Below, piece after piece: positions 1-9,981 of a stretch of DNA of 64,000 nucleotides (the first letter of the stretch is position 1; the number at the start of each line of letters is the position of its first letter). Source of the DNA: Candidatus Calditenuis fumarioli (lineage in GTDB: Archaea > Thermoproteota > Nitrososphaeria_A > Caldarchaeales > Calditenuaceae); NCBI GenBank assembly GCA_030059665.1, contig JANVYR010000003.1, positions 1-64,000 on the forward strand, read 5' to 3'. The notes under the pieces were generated by a model. It was not told where the DNA came from. It made no database searches and saw only the letters and a list, made by a program, of their open reading frames with translations. The position numbers were made by a program, and so were the translations under genes.

Positions 1-60
<60 letters not shown>

Positions 61-158
61 GCGTCGCCAGGAGCGTTGCCGGTCCACGGAAAACCCGATG
101 GAGCTGCGCGGACCGCGACCTCGGGAAGGCTTAGCGCGGAATGGGAAAGATGGGCGCG

Positions 159-731
159 CTACTCCACCTTGATCTGCCTGGCAGGTCTCCTGCCGCCCTT
201 CTTGGGCAGTATGACCTCCAGTACGCCGTTGTTGTAGTTCGCCTTGGAGTTCTCGGGATCCACCTCCTCCGGCAATTCCACCTCCTTGTAGTACTTCCGC
301 TGGGGGGTGTCGACCTTGATGACCAGTTTGCTGTCCTGAAGGTTCAGCTGGATGTCCTCCTTCTGCACCCCCGGCACCTCGGCGATCACCCTGATCCTGT
401 CCTCCTCGTTCAGGACGTCCACCAGCGGCTCCCTCTCGACGGTCAGCATCGGAGGCTCACCCCTCCTCCCGGGCTTGACGTTCCCGAACTCCCTGATGAT
501 CGGCCTCCCGTCAGGACCTATCGTGATCGAGTAACCGTAAACGATCGGCCCTATCTCGCGCCTGATCCCGCTCGGCGTCCTGATCTCCCGCACCAGGTCC
601 CTCGGCAGCTCACGCTCGAAGCGCCTGAACTCCTCCTCGAACCACCGCTCGAACTCGCGCATCATCTCGTCGATCAGCTCGAAGGGCCTGAACCTCCTCC
701 TCCACCAGGAGGGCCACCACTCGTCGCTCAT
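159..731 (-). CDS. hsp20: Archaeal small heat shock protein (Hsp20)
   Basis: W/F-rich N-terminus, GPIVYGYSITIGPDG motif, alpha-crystallin domain ending YNNGVLEV and IKVE tail. Confidence 0.93.
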   Translation of the reverse strand: MSDEWWPSWWRRRFRPFELIDEMMREFERWFEEEFRRFERELPRDLVREIRTPSGIRREIGPIVYGYSITIGPDGRPIIREFGNVKPGRRGEPPMLTVEREPLVDVLNEEDRIRVIAEVPGVQKEDIQLNLQDSKLVIKVDTPQRKYYKEVELPEEVDPENSKANYNNGVLEVILPKKGGRRPARQIKVE

Positions 732-797
732 GGCACCTCAGGAAATCCACCGCGCCACCGGAATAAATAATTAGTCAAGGGCTGTGGCACGGAACCC

Positions 798-1694
798 GTG
801 ACCGACAGGATCGGTTTCATCGGGCTCGGGCTGATGGGGAGGCCCATGGCCAGGCGTCTGCTCGCGGCGGGATACCAGCTCACGGTCCACAACAGGAGCT
901 GGCGGCCAGTGGAGGAGCTGGCTTCGCTCGGAGCGAGGCCCGCGTCATCGCCGAAGGAGGTGGCGCGGGAGTCAGACGTGGTGTTCCTGATGCTGCCCGA
1001 CTCGGGTGACGTCGAGCAGGTGGTCCTCGGAAGGGAAGGGCTGGTCGAGGGGCTGAGAAGCGGGTCCATCGTGATCGACTGCTCAACGGTCTCGCCGGAA
1101 ACGGAGGTCGCGATCGCGGGGAGGTTGAAGGAGATGGGCGTCCATTACCTCGACGCACCGGTCACGGGCAGCACGCCCGCAGCGGAGAGCGGGACGCTCA
1201 CCATCATGGTCGGAGGAGATCGGGAGGCATTCGAGAGGGTGGTGCCGGTGCTGAGGCACCTGGGAAGCAGGATCGAGTACATGGGCGCGAGCGGCTCGGG
1301 TCAGCTGACGAAGCTCTGCAACCAGATCGCGGTCGCCGGTAACCTTTTGGCGGCTGCGGAGGCCGTCCTCTTCGCGGAGCGGATGGGCCTGGACCCCAGC
1401 AGGGTGCTCGAGGTGATAGGGGGAGGGGCTGCGTCGTCCTGGCAGCTGGTCAACCTCGGGCCCAAGATGGTCGGGCGGGACTACAGGCCCGGGTTCAAGG
1501 CGGCTCACCTGAAGAAGGACCTGAGGATCGTGATGGAGGTCGCGGAGTCTCGGTCGCTTCCTCTGCCCCTGACCTCGCTCGCCTGGCAGATGGTGAGGGC
1601 CCTCGTCTCCATGGGCTACGCGGACCAGGGCACTCAGTCGATCATCGAGGTCCTCCGGAGCCTGGCCGGCTCCCACAAACCCGGTACGACCTGA
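798..1694 (+). CDS. NAD(P)-dependent beta-hydroxyacid dehydrogenase (tartronate semialdehyde reductase / 3-hydroxyisobutyrate dehydrogenase family)
   Basis: IGFIGLGLMG Rossmann motif, DAPVTG, GSGQLTKLCNQ catalytic Lys, F...HLKKDL. Confidence 0.9.
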   Translation: MTDRIGFIGLGLMGRPMARRLLAAGYQLTVHNRSWRPVEELASLGARPASSPKEVARESDVVFLMLPDSGDVEQVVLGREGLVEGLRSGSIVIDCSTVSPETEVAIAGRLKEMGVHYLDAPVTGSTPAAESGTLTIMVGGDREAFERVVPVLRHLGSRIEYMGASGSGQLTKLCNQIAVAGNLLAAAEAVLFAERMGLDPSRVLEVIGGGAASSWQLVNLGPKMVGRDYRPGFKAAHLKKDLRIVMEVAESRSLPLPLTSLAWQMVRALVSMGYADQGTQSIIEVLRSLAGSHKPGTT

Positions 1695-1732
1695 ACCCAC
1701 CCAACAGGGACTCCGATGGAAACGCTCGCCCC

Positions 1733-3064
1733 TCAGCCCTTTCCCTCGAGCAGTGACCTCCTCACGCCAGGGAGCCTCGACCTCCGCATGGTCTTCACCA
1801 GCTTCCTCGCCTCGAGGTACTGCTTCACCAGCCTCTTCACGTCGCCCTCCCTCACGCCCGCTCCCCTCGCGATCCTCCTGGCCCTAGAACCGTCTATGAT
1901 CGTTGGGTCCCTCCGCTCCTCGGGCGTCATGGAGTTGTAGATCGCCTCGAACTTCTTCGCCAGCTCCTCCGCCTTCTCCAGCTCCTCCTCCGGAAGCGAC
2001 GGAAGCCCCGGGATCGGCAGCGACCTCAGGAACCTCGAGAGCGGCCCCGCCTTCCTGACCTGCCTCAGCTGCTCTATCATGTCCTCGAGGGTGAAGGTCC
2101 CACGCGCTATGCGCTCGGCCTGCTGCTCCGTGACCTTAAGCTCCGCGAGCCTCACCCTCTCCAGCACCGACCTCAGGTCAGGCATGCCGAGGAGTCTCGC
2201 AACGTAGGACTCCGGGTCGAAGAGCTCGATGTCCTCGATCCGCTCGCCGGTGCCGATGAACCTGATGGAGGCTCCGGTCGCAGCGACCGCGGAGAGCGCG
2301 CCCCCTCCCTTCGCGGAGGTGTCGAGCTTGGTGACCGCTATCCACCCGATCGGAACGGCCCTGTGGAAGGCCTCCGCCTGCGGTCCTGCGGCCTGACCGA
2401 TGGTTCCGTCGATCACGAGCCCTATCTCGTGGGGCCTGATCCGCTCGGCCATCTCGCGCATCTCCCTCATCAGCGACTCCTGGTCCCTGTGCCTGCCCGC
2501 GGTGTCGATCAGGATGTACTCGCACCCCTGAGAGGTTAGGTGGGAGATGCCCCTGACCGCGATCCCGACCGCATCGGACCCGTTCTCCTCGCCGTAGACC
2601 GGTATCCCCCGAGGGACGAGGAGCTGGCGTAACTGCTCCAGCGCGGCCGGTCTGTAGGTGTCTGCTCCCACGACGCCCACCTTGATCCCCCTCGTCCTGA
2701 GGAGGTTGGCGACCTTCGCCACGGTCGTGGTCTTGCCGCTGCCCTGGATCCCGACCACCATCACGACGTACGGTTTGGTCGGAGGTCTCTCCAGCTCTGA
2801 CCTTTTGGCGCCGAGAAGCCTCACGAGCTCCTCGTAGACGGCCCTGACGACCACGTCCTTCCTCGAGATGCCCGGCGGCGGCTCCTCTTCCTCCACCCGC
2901 TTCCTTATCCTGTCGGAGAGCTCCTTGACCAGCTCGACCTTCACGTCCGCGAGCAGCAGCGCCCTCTGGATCCCCCTGATCAGCTCCTCCGTCGCCTCCC
3001 GGTCGGCCGTCGGCCTCCCGAGGAATTTGCTCAGCGCCGCCCTCAGCGCCTCCGCCGGGTTCAC
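1733..3064 (-). CDS. srp54: Signal recognition particle 54 kDa protein
   Basis: [20 protein letters not shown] GTPase motifs; M-domain with SMTPEER. Confidence 0.96.
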   Translation of the reverse strand: MNPAEALRAALSKFLGRPTADREATEELIRGIQRALLLADVKVELVKELSDRIRKRVEEEEPPPGISRKDVVVRAVYEELVRLLGAKRSELERPPTKPYVVMVVGIQGSGKTTTVAKVANLLRTRGIKVGVVGADTYRPAALEQLRQLLVPRGIPVYGEENGSDAVGIAVRGISHLTSQGCEYILIDTAGRHRDQESLMREMREMAERIRPHEIGLVIDGTIGQAAGPQAEAFHRAVPIGWIAVTKLDTSAKGGGALSAVAATGASIRFIGTGERIEDIELFDPESYVARLLGMPDLRSVLERVRLAELKVTEQQAERIARGTFTLEDMIEQLRQVRKAGPLSRFLRSLPIPGLPSLPEEELEKAEELAKKFEAIYNSMTPEERRDPTIIDGSRARRIARGAGVREGDVKRLVKQYLEARKLVKTMRRSRLPGVRRSLLEGKG

Positions 3065-3143
3065 CGCTCACCGGACGGCGTCGCGCATAATAACCCCGAG
3101 GTCGAAGGACGTTCGTGACGGGCCCAAACCAGGCAGGAGGTAG

Positions 3144-4310
3144 GTGATACGGATGTCGGTCTCTGAGAACCTGGACGCGATAGAGCTTACCGGGATCAGG
3201 CGGTTCTTCGAGGCCGCATCGAGGTTCCCCGACGCCATCAACCTCGGGATAGGGGAGCCTGACCTGGATCCACCTGCTGAGCTCATCGAGGCCGCGGCGA
3301 GGCACATGCGTCAGGGGAGGAACAAGTACGGTCCCATAGCGGGCATCCGGGAGCTCCGCGAGGAGCTGGCCAGGATCTACTCCAAAAGGTCCAGGTCTGT
3401 CGGACCGGAGAACGTCTTCGTCACGATCGGCGGGGAGAACGCGCTCTTCGCATCGATGGCTGCGATTCTGAAACGGGGCGACGAGGTCGTCGTGATCTCG
3501 CCGTCGTTCCCGTCGTACGCGGCCATCGCGAGGATCTTCGGAGCTGAGGTCGTCTTCCTTAGGTCCTCACCGGAGAGGGGCTTCGTCCCAGACGAGGAGG
3601 AGCTGAGGTCATCGGTCAGCGACAGGACCAAGGCGGTGATCGTCAACTCACCGTCTAACCCCACCGGTGCGGTGTACGGGCCTCAGGACCTGAGGAAAAT
3701 GGTGGACGTCGCTGCGGAGGTTGGCGCATACGTCATCTCCGACGAGGTTTACGAGCCCTTCGTCTACGACGGCCAGTTCTCAAGCGCCGCAGACCTGATC
3801 GACGGCTACGGATCGATCGTGGTGGTCCAGAGCTTCTCGAAGAGCCTCTCGATAACCGGTTGGAGGATCGGGTACCTGATCGCTCCAGATGAGCTCGCCG
3901 AGCGGATGCAGAAGTTCCTGCTCTACTCGCACGCCTGTCCGCCGACGTTCGCCCAGCACGCGGTGCTCGACGCCCTCAGGTCGGGCGTCTACGACGACTA
4001 CACGCGTTCTGCGAGGGAGCTTTACAGGAAGCGGAGGGACCTCGTGGTCGAGCTGATGCGTGAGGAGGGAATGGAGCTGGTTGCTCCGAAGGGGGCCTTC
4101 TACGCCTTCCCGAGGCTCCCGGGCATCGATGACGACATGAGCTTCTGCGCGCGGCTGCTCGAGGAGAAGCGGGTCGTGGTCGTCCCAGGCTCTTCCTTCG
4201 GTCCCGGAGGAGAGGGGCACGTTCGCGTGAGCTTCGCGGCATCGGAGGAGAAGCTCGTCGAGGGGATCACGAGGATGGGCCAGCTGCTCCGCGAGATGGG
4301 CGTGACGTGA
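3144..4310 (+). CDS. Class I/II PLP-dependent aminotransferase (aspartate aminotransferase-like)
   Basis: NLGIGEPD, NSPSNPTG, SDEVYE, SFSKSLSITGWRIGY. Confidence 0.92.
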   Translation: MIRMSVSENLDAIELTGIRRFFEAASRFPDAINLGIGEPDLDPPAELIEAAARHMRQGRNKYGPIAGIRELREELARIYSKRSRSVGPENVFVTIGGENALFASMAAILKRGDEVVVISPSFPSYAAIARIFGAEVVFLRSSPERGFVPDEEELRSSVSDRTKAVIVNSPSNPTGAVYGPQDLRKMVDVAAEVGAYVISDEVYEPFVYDGQFSSAADLIDGYGSIVVVQSFSKSLSITGWRIGYLIAPDELAERMQKFLLYSHACPPTFAQHAVLDALRSGVYDDYTRSARELYRKRRDLVVELMREEGMELVAPKGAFYAFPRLPGIDDDMSFCARLLEEKRVVVVPGSSFGPGGEGHVRVSFAASEEKLVEGITRMGQLLREMGVT

Positions 4311-4313
4311 TGG

Positions 4314-5330
4314 TCAGCCGCGCCTGCGGATTTCCTCAAGGACCTCCTTTATCTCCGACGCGTCCCTGCCGGTCGCCGCGTAGACCACCGTCCCGGCGTC
4401 CCACCTCGTCTCGACGAAGCCTCCGTTGATCAGGAACTGCAGGTGCGCCAGCGTCTCCAGAAGCGCAAGCCACCGGTCGATCGGCCCCAACCCGTCGAAG
4501 CGCCCCCTCGACCACGAGATGCCTCGGGCCACTCCCATCAGGCTGTTCCCATCGCCGGTTGACGCGAGCGCCTCACGGAGCCTCTTCTCGTGGTGCAGGA
4601 ATAGGTAGTCGATCCGCTCCCTGACGTTCCCGAAGGGCTCGCCGTGGGAGGGAAGGACCAGCTCGGGCCCCAACTCCTCTGTCAGGACCAGAGATCCGAG
4701 GTAGGAACGGAGGGCGTCGTATCCCTCCATAGGGTAATACGAGACGTTGGAGGTCTCGTTGGGCAGCAAATGGTCGCCTGAGATCAGGACCCTCCTCCGC
4801 TCGTCGAAGAGCGTGACGTGCCCCGGCGTGTGCCCCGGCGTCGGGACGACCATCCACCTGCCTGCCCTCGAGTGGAACTCCTCGCCGCCGACGAGGGGCT
4901 CGTAACCCATCGAGAGGTGCTGGAGGTTGAACCTGAAGAACCCGAGGACCTCCTCCCTGAGGGAGTCGTCGAGCCCCAGAGCCTTGAGCTGCCTCCCCCC
5001 TCCCTCCACCGTCTCCCTCATGAAGCCGATCACGTCGATGTCCCGCTGGTGCATCCGGACCTTGGGTCTGAACGCTGTCGCGACCTCACTCGCACCTCCC
5101 GTGTGGTCGTTGTGTATGTGCGTCAGCAGCACGGTCTCGAGCCGCGATCCGCCGATCAACCTCCTCAGCTCCTCCACCAGCTCTCCGGCCGTCTGCCTGA
5201 AGCCCGAGTCGACCAGCAGCCTTCCGTCATCCAACTCGATCAGGTACAGGTTCACGTGGCCGATGTAGGTGCCTGGATGCTCGACCCTGATCCGCACCAC
5301 GTCCTCGAGGACCCTCTCCGCTCGGATCAT
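4314..5330 (-). CDS. MBL-fold metallo-hydrolase
   Basis: THIHNDHTGG, TPGHTPGH, SGDH, PSHG; start reset to ATG 5330 because the ORF track runs on antisense to glmS. Confidence 0.88.
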   Translation of the reverse strand: MIRAERVLEDVVRIRVEHPGTYIGHVNLYLIELDDGRLLVDSGFRQTAGELVEELRRLIGGSRLETVLLTHIHNDHTGGASEVATAFRPKVRMHQRDIDVIGFMRETVEGGGRQLKALGLDDSLREEVLGFFRFNLQHLSMGYEPLVGGEEFHSRAGRWMVVPTPGHTPGHVTLFDERRRVLISGDHLLPNETSNVSYYPMEGYDALRSYLGSLVLTEELGPELVLPSHGEPFGNVRERIDYLFLHHEKRLREALASTGDGNSLMGVARGISWSRGRFDGLGPIDRWLALLETLAHLQFLINGGFVETRWDAGTVVYAATGRDASEIKEVLEEIRRRG

Positions 5331-5468
5331 TCCCCTGCGATACGCCGATGGAGAAGGGATAAACCCTCCGAAGCCCGCGGTTCTAACGGTAGAACGCAAG
5401 CTTCTGATCGTTCGGTCCATGACACGCTTTTTACCGCCCTTGCTGATCACCGCGGCAGGTAAGTCCGC

Positions 5469-7244
5469 ATGTGCGGGATAATCGGCTTCACGGGCTCCGG
5501 GAACGCGCTGGAAGTCCTGATAAGGGGCCTCCGGAGGCTCGAGTACAGGGGTTACGACTCGGCGGGGCTCGCGCTGCTCACCCGCGACGGGATCTCGGTG
5601 GTCAAGAGGGTGGGGAGCGTCGAGGCGCTCGAGAGGGAGGTCTCCTCGCTCGCCGGAACCGAGAGCTCCGTCGGCATAGCTCACACCCGATGGGCAACGC
5701 ACGGAGGTGTCACAGACCGGAACGCCCACCCGCACACGTCCTGCGACGGAAGGGTTGCGATAGTCCACAACGGCATCATCGAGAACCACGAGGAGCTTAG
5801 GGCCGAGCTGATCGCCCGGGGTCACAGGTTCACGAGCGAGACCGACAGCGAGGTGATCGCCCACCTCCTCGAGGAGGAGCTGAGGGCCAGGCCCGGTGAC
5901 CCGAGGGGTGCCCTGACCTCCGTTGTAAGAAAGCTCAGGGGGAGCTTCGCCTTCGTTGCCGTGAGCACCTGGACTGGCGACGCGATCCTCGCGGCCAGAC
6001 ACAACTCCCCGCTCGTCGTTGGCGTGGGGAAGGACTTCTCGATACCGGCGAGCGACGTTCTGAGCTTCCTCGAGTGGACCGACGACGCGATCTTCCTCGA
6101 GAACGAGTCGTGCGCCGTCATCCGGCCGGGCAGGGTCGAGTCCTGGCTCTTCACAGGTGAGGAGCTCGAGCTGAAGGTCACGAAGGTGGCAATTGAGGTA
6201 TCTGAGGTCGACAAGAGGGGTTACGTCCACCACACGCTCAAGGAGATACACGACCAGCGCTTCACGGTCACGCGGACGCTGACGGAGGAGCTCGGGCCGC
6301 TCGGGGAGGCCGCAAAGCTCCTCAGGGAGGCCAGAAGGATCCTCCTGGTGGCCGCGGGAACGAGCTACCACGCCGCCCTCGTCGGGAGGTACGTCCTCGC
6401 GGAGCTCGCGGACCTCGACGTCCAACCGGTCCTGGCCAGCGAGTACAACCTGGTCTCTAGGTGGGTCAACGGCGACTCGGTGCTGGTGGCCATCAGTCAG
6501 AGCGGCGAGACGGCGGACGTCCTGGAGGCCGTGAGGGACGCGAAGCAGAAGGGCGCGAAGGTCATCGGGATCGTCAACATGCCCGGGTCGAGCCTCGAGA
6601 GGCTCTCGGACGTCCACATCAACATCAGGGCAGGGCCGGAGATCGGGGTCGCTGCGACCAAGAGCTTCACCTCGCAGGTCGTCGCGCTGATCAGGCTTGC
6701 GTCTGCGGTCTCCGGCAAGGAGGTTCCCCTCGATCCGGAGGAGCTCGGTGCCGGCGTGGAGCAGGTGCTCGAGCAGGAGCCACAGATCGCTGAGATCGCC
6801 AGCATATTGAAGGACTCGAAGGACGTCTACCTCATCGGAAGGGGCGTCCACTACCCGATAGCGCTGGAGGGGGCGCTGAAGGTCAAGGAGCTCGCGTACG
6901 TCCACGCCGAGGGCCTCCCGGCAGGGGAGCTCAAGCACGGCACGCTGGCGCTCATAGAGAGCGGCACGCCGGTGATCGTCCTGAACCCCTCAGACGACAC
7001 GCACACCGACACCCTCTCGAACTGCCAAGAGCTCAAGGCGAGGGGAGCGAGGCTGATCGGCATCTCAGACCGGCACCACAGCGTCTACGACTTCTTCGTC
7101 CGGATCCCGAGGACGGGCTCCAAGTACGCCTCGGTCCTGCTGGAGGTGATACCTCTCCAGCTCCTCGCGTACTACATGGCCCTCGAGAGGGGGGCCGAGA
7201 TCGACAAACCCAGGAACCTGGCCAAGAGCGTCACCGTCAAGTGA
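5469..7244 (+). CDS. glmS: Glutamine--fructose-6-phosphate transaminase (isomerizing)
   Basis: N-terminal MCGIIG, RGYDSAG, HTRWATHG, SQSGET, C-terminal PRNLAKSVTV. Confidence 0.97.
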   Translation: MCGIIGFTGSGNALEVLIRGLRRLEYRGYDSAGLALLTRDGISVVKRVGSVEALEREVSSLAGTESSVGIAHTRWATHGGVTDRNAHPHTSCDGRVAIVHNGIIENHEELRAELIARGHRFTSETDSEVIAHLLEEELRARPGDPRGALTSVVRKLRGSFAFVAVSTWTGDAILAARHNSPLVVGVGKDFSIPASDVLSFLEWTDDAIFLENESCAVIRPGRVESWLFTGEELELKVTKVAIEVSEVDKRGYVHHTLKEIHDQRFTVTRTLTEELGPLGEAAKLLREARRILLVAAGTSYHAALVGRYVLAELADLDVQPVLASEYNLVSRWVNGDSVLVAISQSGETADVLEAVRDAKQKGAKVIGIVNMPGSSLERLSDVHINIRAGPEIGVAATKSFTSQVVALIRLASAVSGKEVPLDPEELGAGVEQVLEQEPQIAEIASILKDSKDVYLIGRGVHYPIALEGALKVKELAYVHAEGLPAGELKHGTLALIESGTPVIVLNPSDDTHTDTLSNCQELKARGARLIGISDRHHSVYDFFVRIPRTGSKYASVLLEVIPLQLLAYYMALERGAEIDKPRNLAKSVTVK

Positions 7245-7477
7245 GGAGCAGGGGAGAACGGGCGAGGACTGGCGATCTCAAGAGCGGAGAGGTTTTGCCC
7301 CTGACGGAAGTGAAGACGTGGAGAGGTGGATGGGGCATGGCATATCGTAAGAAGTTCACCCTTGACGTGTTCTTGAACGCCCATCAAGTTATGGAAAGCA
7401 ACACTAATGAGGTAGAACTGAAGGCGGAACCATCAGCTCCGCTGGCGTTATTTGCCGGCTACGGGATGTGAAGGTTG

Positions 7478-7537
7478 CGATGATGGGTCTGGCCAGGTCG
7501 ATCCGAAAGGAGATGAGAGGGATCTTGAGCGCTGAGC
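7478..7537 (+). ncRNA. Candidate box C/D guide sRNA
   Basis: C-like ATGATGG 7480-7486, D' CCGA 7503-7506, C' ATGAGA 7513-7518, D CTGA 7532-7535; TTATTT about 26 nt upstream; D guide GGGATCTTGAG complementary to a Leu-CAA anticodon arm. Confidence 0.7.
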
Positions 7538-7583
7538 TCAGGATCACCCGGTAGTCGTCGGCCCACCCTGCGCGGCTCGCACG

Positions 7584-7997
7584 TCACAGGTGCTTCCGTA
7601 TCAGGGCCGCTACCTCCTCCAGCTCCGCCTCGGTTACGTTGAGCCTCCCAGCCCTGAAGATCGATCCACCGGGGTTGCCGTAGCGCGGTATGATGTGGAC
7701 GTGGGCATGGAAGATCACCTGACCGGCCGCCGACCCGTTGTTCTGGAGGACGTTGATCCCTGCGGGGGAGAGGGCGCGCTGAATCGCCTTGGCGACCCTC
7801 AGGACCGCGGAGAATAGCCTCCCTGCGGCGTTCTCGTCCATCTCTAGTAGGTCCCGGTAATGTCGCCTCGTTGTGACCAGAGTGTGGCCCCTGCTGACGG
7901 GATACCGGTCCATGAAGGCGATGTGCTCGTCGTCGCTCCAGACGACCGCCGCCCAATCCTGGCCCTCCGCGATCCTGCAGAAGACGCAGTCCACCAT
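7584..7997 (-). CDS. HIT family nucleotide hydrolase
   Basis: DCVFC, GHTLV, HAHVHIIPR histidine triad. Confidence 0.92.
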   Translation of the reverse strand: MVDCVFCRIAEGQDWAAVVWSDDEHIAFMDRYPVSRGHTLVTTRRHYRDLLEMDENAAGRLFSAVLRVAKAIQRALSPAGINVLQNNGSAAGQVIFHAHVHIIPRYGNPGGSIFRAGRLNVTEAELEEVAALIRKHL

Positions 7998-8084
7998 CCT
8001 CTGCCGCATACGAATGAGCGGCAATAAGGTTTCGCAGACCGTAGGTCCGGCACACGTAAAAGTCGGTCACGGGGACGAGAACGC

Positions 8085-9104
8085 GTGAGGGCTGTCCTGC
8101 TGAGGCCAAGGGTCGGGGCCTCGGTCGAGGAGGTTCCGGAGCCGGTGCCCTCGAAGGGGGAGCTGGTGGTGGAGCTGATAGCCTGTGGCCTCTGCGGAAC
8201 TGACGTGGAGCGCATCAGGGGCGGCTACACCGCGGGGAAAGCGGTCCTCGGGCACGAGGCGGTGGGGAGGGTGGTGGAGGTCGGGGAGGGTGTGGATTGG
8301 CTGAGAAGGGGTGAGGTCGTGGTTCCGCACCACCACACGAACTGCGGCGAGTGCTACTACTGCCTAAACGGAAGCCCAACGATGTGCCCTGAGTACCGGA
8401 AGCATCACTTCGATCCCGGAGGCTTCGCGGAGAAGTTCAGGGTTCCCGAGTTCATCGTCAGGAGAGGGGCCGTCTACAAGGTGAGGGGGCTTCGCGATCC
8501 GGAGGAGGCCTGTCTGACGGAACCCCTCGCGTGCTGCATCAGGGCGGCGAAGAGGGCCGGCGTCCGCGAGGGACAGACGGTCGCGGTCTTCGGTGTCGGC
8601 GCCATCGGAGCGCTCTTCGTGGCCCTGCTCAGGGGCCTCGGCGTTGAGGTGCTCGGCGTCGACGTGAACCCCAACCGGCTCGGGATTGCGGAGCGCCTCG
8701 GTGCCCGTGCGGTGGACGCGAGGCAGGGCTCCGTCGAGCAGGAGGTCAGAGCTCTCACCGGCGGAAGGGGTGCGGACGTCTCGATCGTCGCTACCGGAAG
8801 CGTCAGGGCCGTCTCCTCGGCCATATCATCGACCCGCAGCGGTGGTGTCGTCTGCCTCTTCGGACTGCCGTCATCGGGGACCAAGCTCGATCACGACTTC
8901 AGCGAGCTCTTGGTAAGGGAGGTCAGCCTGATCTCCTCGAACGCCGCATCGGAGGAGGAGATGGTGGAGGCCCTCGATCTGATCTCACGGGGGAAGGTCA
9001 GGGGCTCGGAGCTGATCACTCACAGGTTCTCGATAGGGGAGTTCGGCAGGGCGCTCGAGGCGTTCGAGAAGGGAGAGGGAGTGAAGATCGTGATAACCCC
9101 TTAG
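8085..9104 (+). CDS. Zn-dependent alcohol dehydrogenase (MDR family)
   Basis: CGLCGTD, GHE, CGECYYC...C structural Zn, FGVGAIG. Confidence 0.9.
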   Translation: MRAVLLRPRVGASVEEVPEPVPSKGELVVELIACGLCGTDVERIRGGYTAGKAVLGHEAVGRVVEVGEGVDWLRRGEVVVPHHHTNCGECYYCLNGSPTMCPEYRKHHFDPGGFAEKFRVPEFIVRRGAVYKVRGLRDPEEACLTEPLACCIRAAKRAGVREGQTVAVFGVGAIGALFVALLRGLGVEVLGVDVNPNRLGIAERLGARAVDARQGSVEQEVRALTGGRGADVSIVATGSVRAVSSAISSTRSGGVVCLFGLPSSGTKLDHDFSELLVREVSLISSNAASEEEMVEALDLISRGKVRGSELITHRFSIGEFGRALEAFEKGEGVKIVITP

Positions 9105-9107
9105 CGG

Positions 9108-9842
9108 TCACCGGCTCGACTTGAGGGCCTCCTCCACGAGCGCGTTGACCTCGTCCTCGGGAACCTGGGTGTAGGTCTTAGTGTCGGTCGGTATCACCAC
9201 CATCCTGGCCATCCAGTTCTCGTCGATCTTGTCGACCGACCTGACCAGCGCCCTGATCGCGAGTCTCTTGGCCTCCTCCAGCGGGATCTTCGGGTCGTAG
9301 GTCGCCTCCAGCATCTCCTTCACCCTCTCAGCGCCCCTGCCGATGCTCCAGGCCTTGTACTCCATCACCACGCCGCTCGGCTCGGTGTAGAAGAGCCTGG
9401 TCCCGTCGACCGAGGAGCCGCCGATGAGGAGCGCGACGCCGAAGGGCCTGACGCCGCCGTGCTGTGTGTAGAGCTGCATGAGGTCGCCGATGCGCTTCGC
9501 CACGCTCTCGACCGATGGGGGCTCGTCGTAGGTGAGCCGGTAGCTCTGGGCGTAGATCCTCGCGCTGTCGACGAGGACCCTCGCGTCCGATATCAGCCCA
9601 GAGGCCGCGGCGCCTATGTGCAGGTCGATCTGGAAGATCTTCTGGGAGTAAGTCGGTGCCTGGAGCTTGCTGTGGGCCCTCTCCTCGACCGCGAGCACCA
9701 CCCCTTCGTCCACCCGTATCCCGACGGAGGTAGACCCCGACTTGACCGTCTCGAGCGCGTACTCGACCTGGTAGAGCCTGCCCTGTGGAGAGAAGACGGT
9801 TATGGCCCTGTCATAGGCACCTGCCATGCCCAGCGCTGCCAC
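9108..9842 (-). CDS. psmA: Proteasome subunit alpha
   Basis: YDRAITVFSPQGRLYQVEYA and GGVRPFGVALL. Confidence 0.97.
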   Translation of the reverse strand: MAALGMAGAYDRAITVFSPQGRLYQVEYALETVKSGSTSVGIRVDEGVVLAVEERAHSKLQAPTYSQKIFQIDLHIGAAASGLISDARVLVDSARIYAQSYRLTYDEPPSVESVAKRIGDLMQLYTQHGGVRPFGVALLIGGSSVDGTRLFYTEPSGVVMEYKAWSIGRGAERVKEMLEATYDPKIPLEEAKRLAIRALVRSVDKIDENWMARMVVIPTDTKTYTQVPEDEVNALVEEALKSSR

Positions 9843-9928
9843 TCCGATCCACCTCCTTGAGGAGACCCTAATCCCTCAGAGATATAGCTATGCTGACGCG
9901 CCGCCCTGAGGACGACCCTGCCGACCCG

Positions 9929-9945
9929 AAAAGCTTCAAGCTTTT
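9929..9945. promoter_or_regulatory. Perfect 17-bp palindrome AAAAGCTT-C-AAGCTTTT between divergent psmA and rgy
   Basis: Seen directly; ends 36 nt before the rgy ATG; function inferred. Confidence 0.4.
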
Positions 9946-9981
9946 GTCCGACCGCTCGGGACCTTCTGACGGCAGCGGGTC

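Noticed and set aside
770-776. ATTAGTC shared by the hsp20 upstream region and the cdc48 upstream region (63303-63309) as a heat-shock operator
   Set aside because: Only 7 nt, opposite orientation relative to the genes, and no complete CTAA(C/T)-N5-(G/A)TTAG palindrome
4817-4842. Tandem GTGCCCCGGCGT repeat
   Set aside because: Simply encodes the TPGHTPGH motif of the MBL hydrolase
4314-6938. 874-aa ORF as a single fused protein
   Set aside because: Its N-terminal ~535 codons are antisense to glmS; only the 3' MBL hydrolase is real
9889-9929. Second C/D sRNA (ATGCTGA...CTGA-GGACGA...CCGA)
   Set aside because: Degenerate boxes, short GC-only guides with no recognised target, and it overlaps the psmA/rgy promoter region
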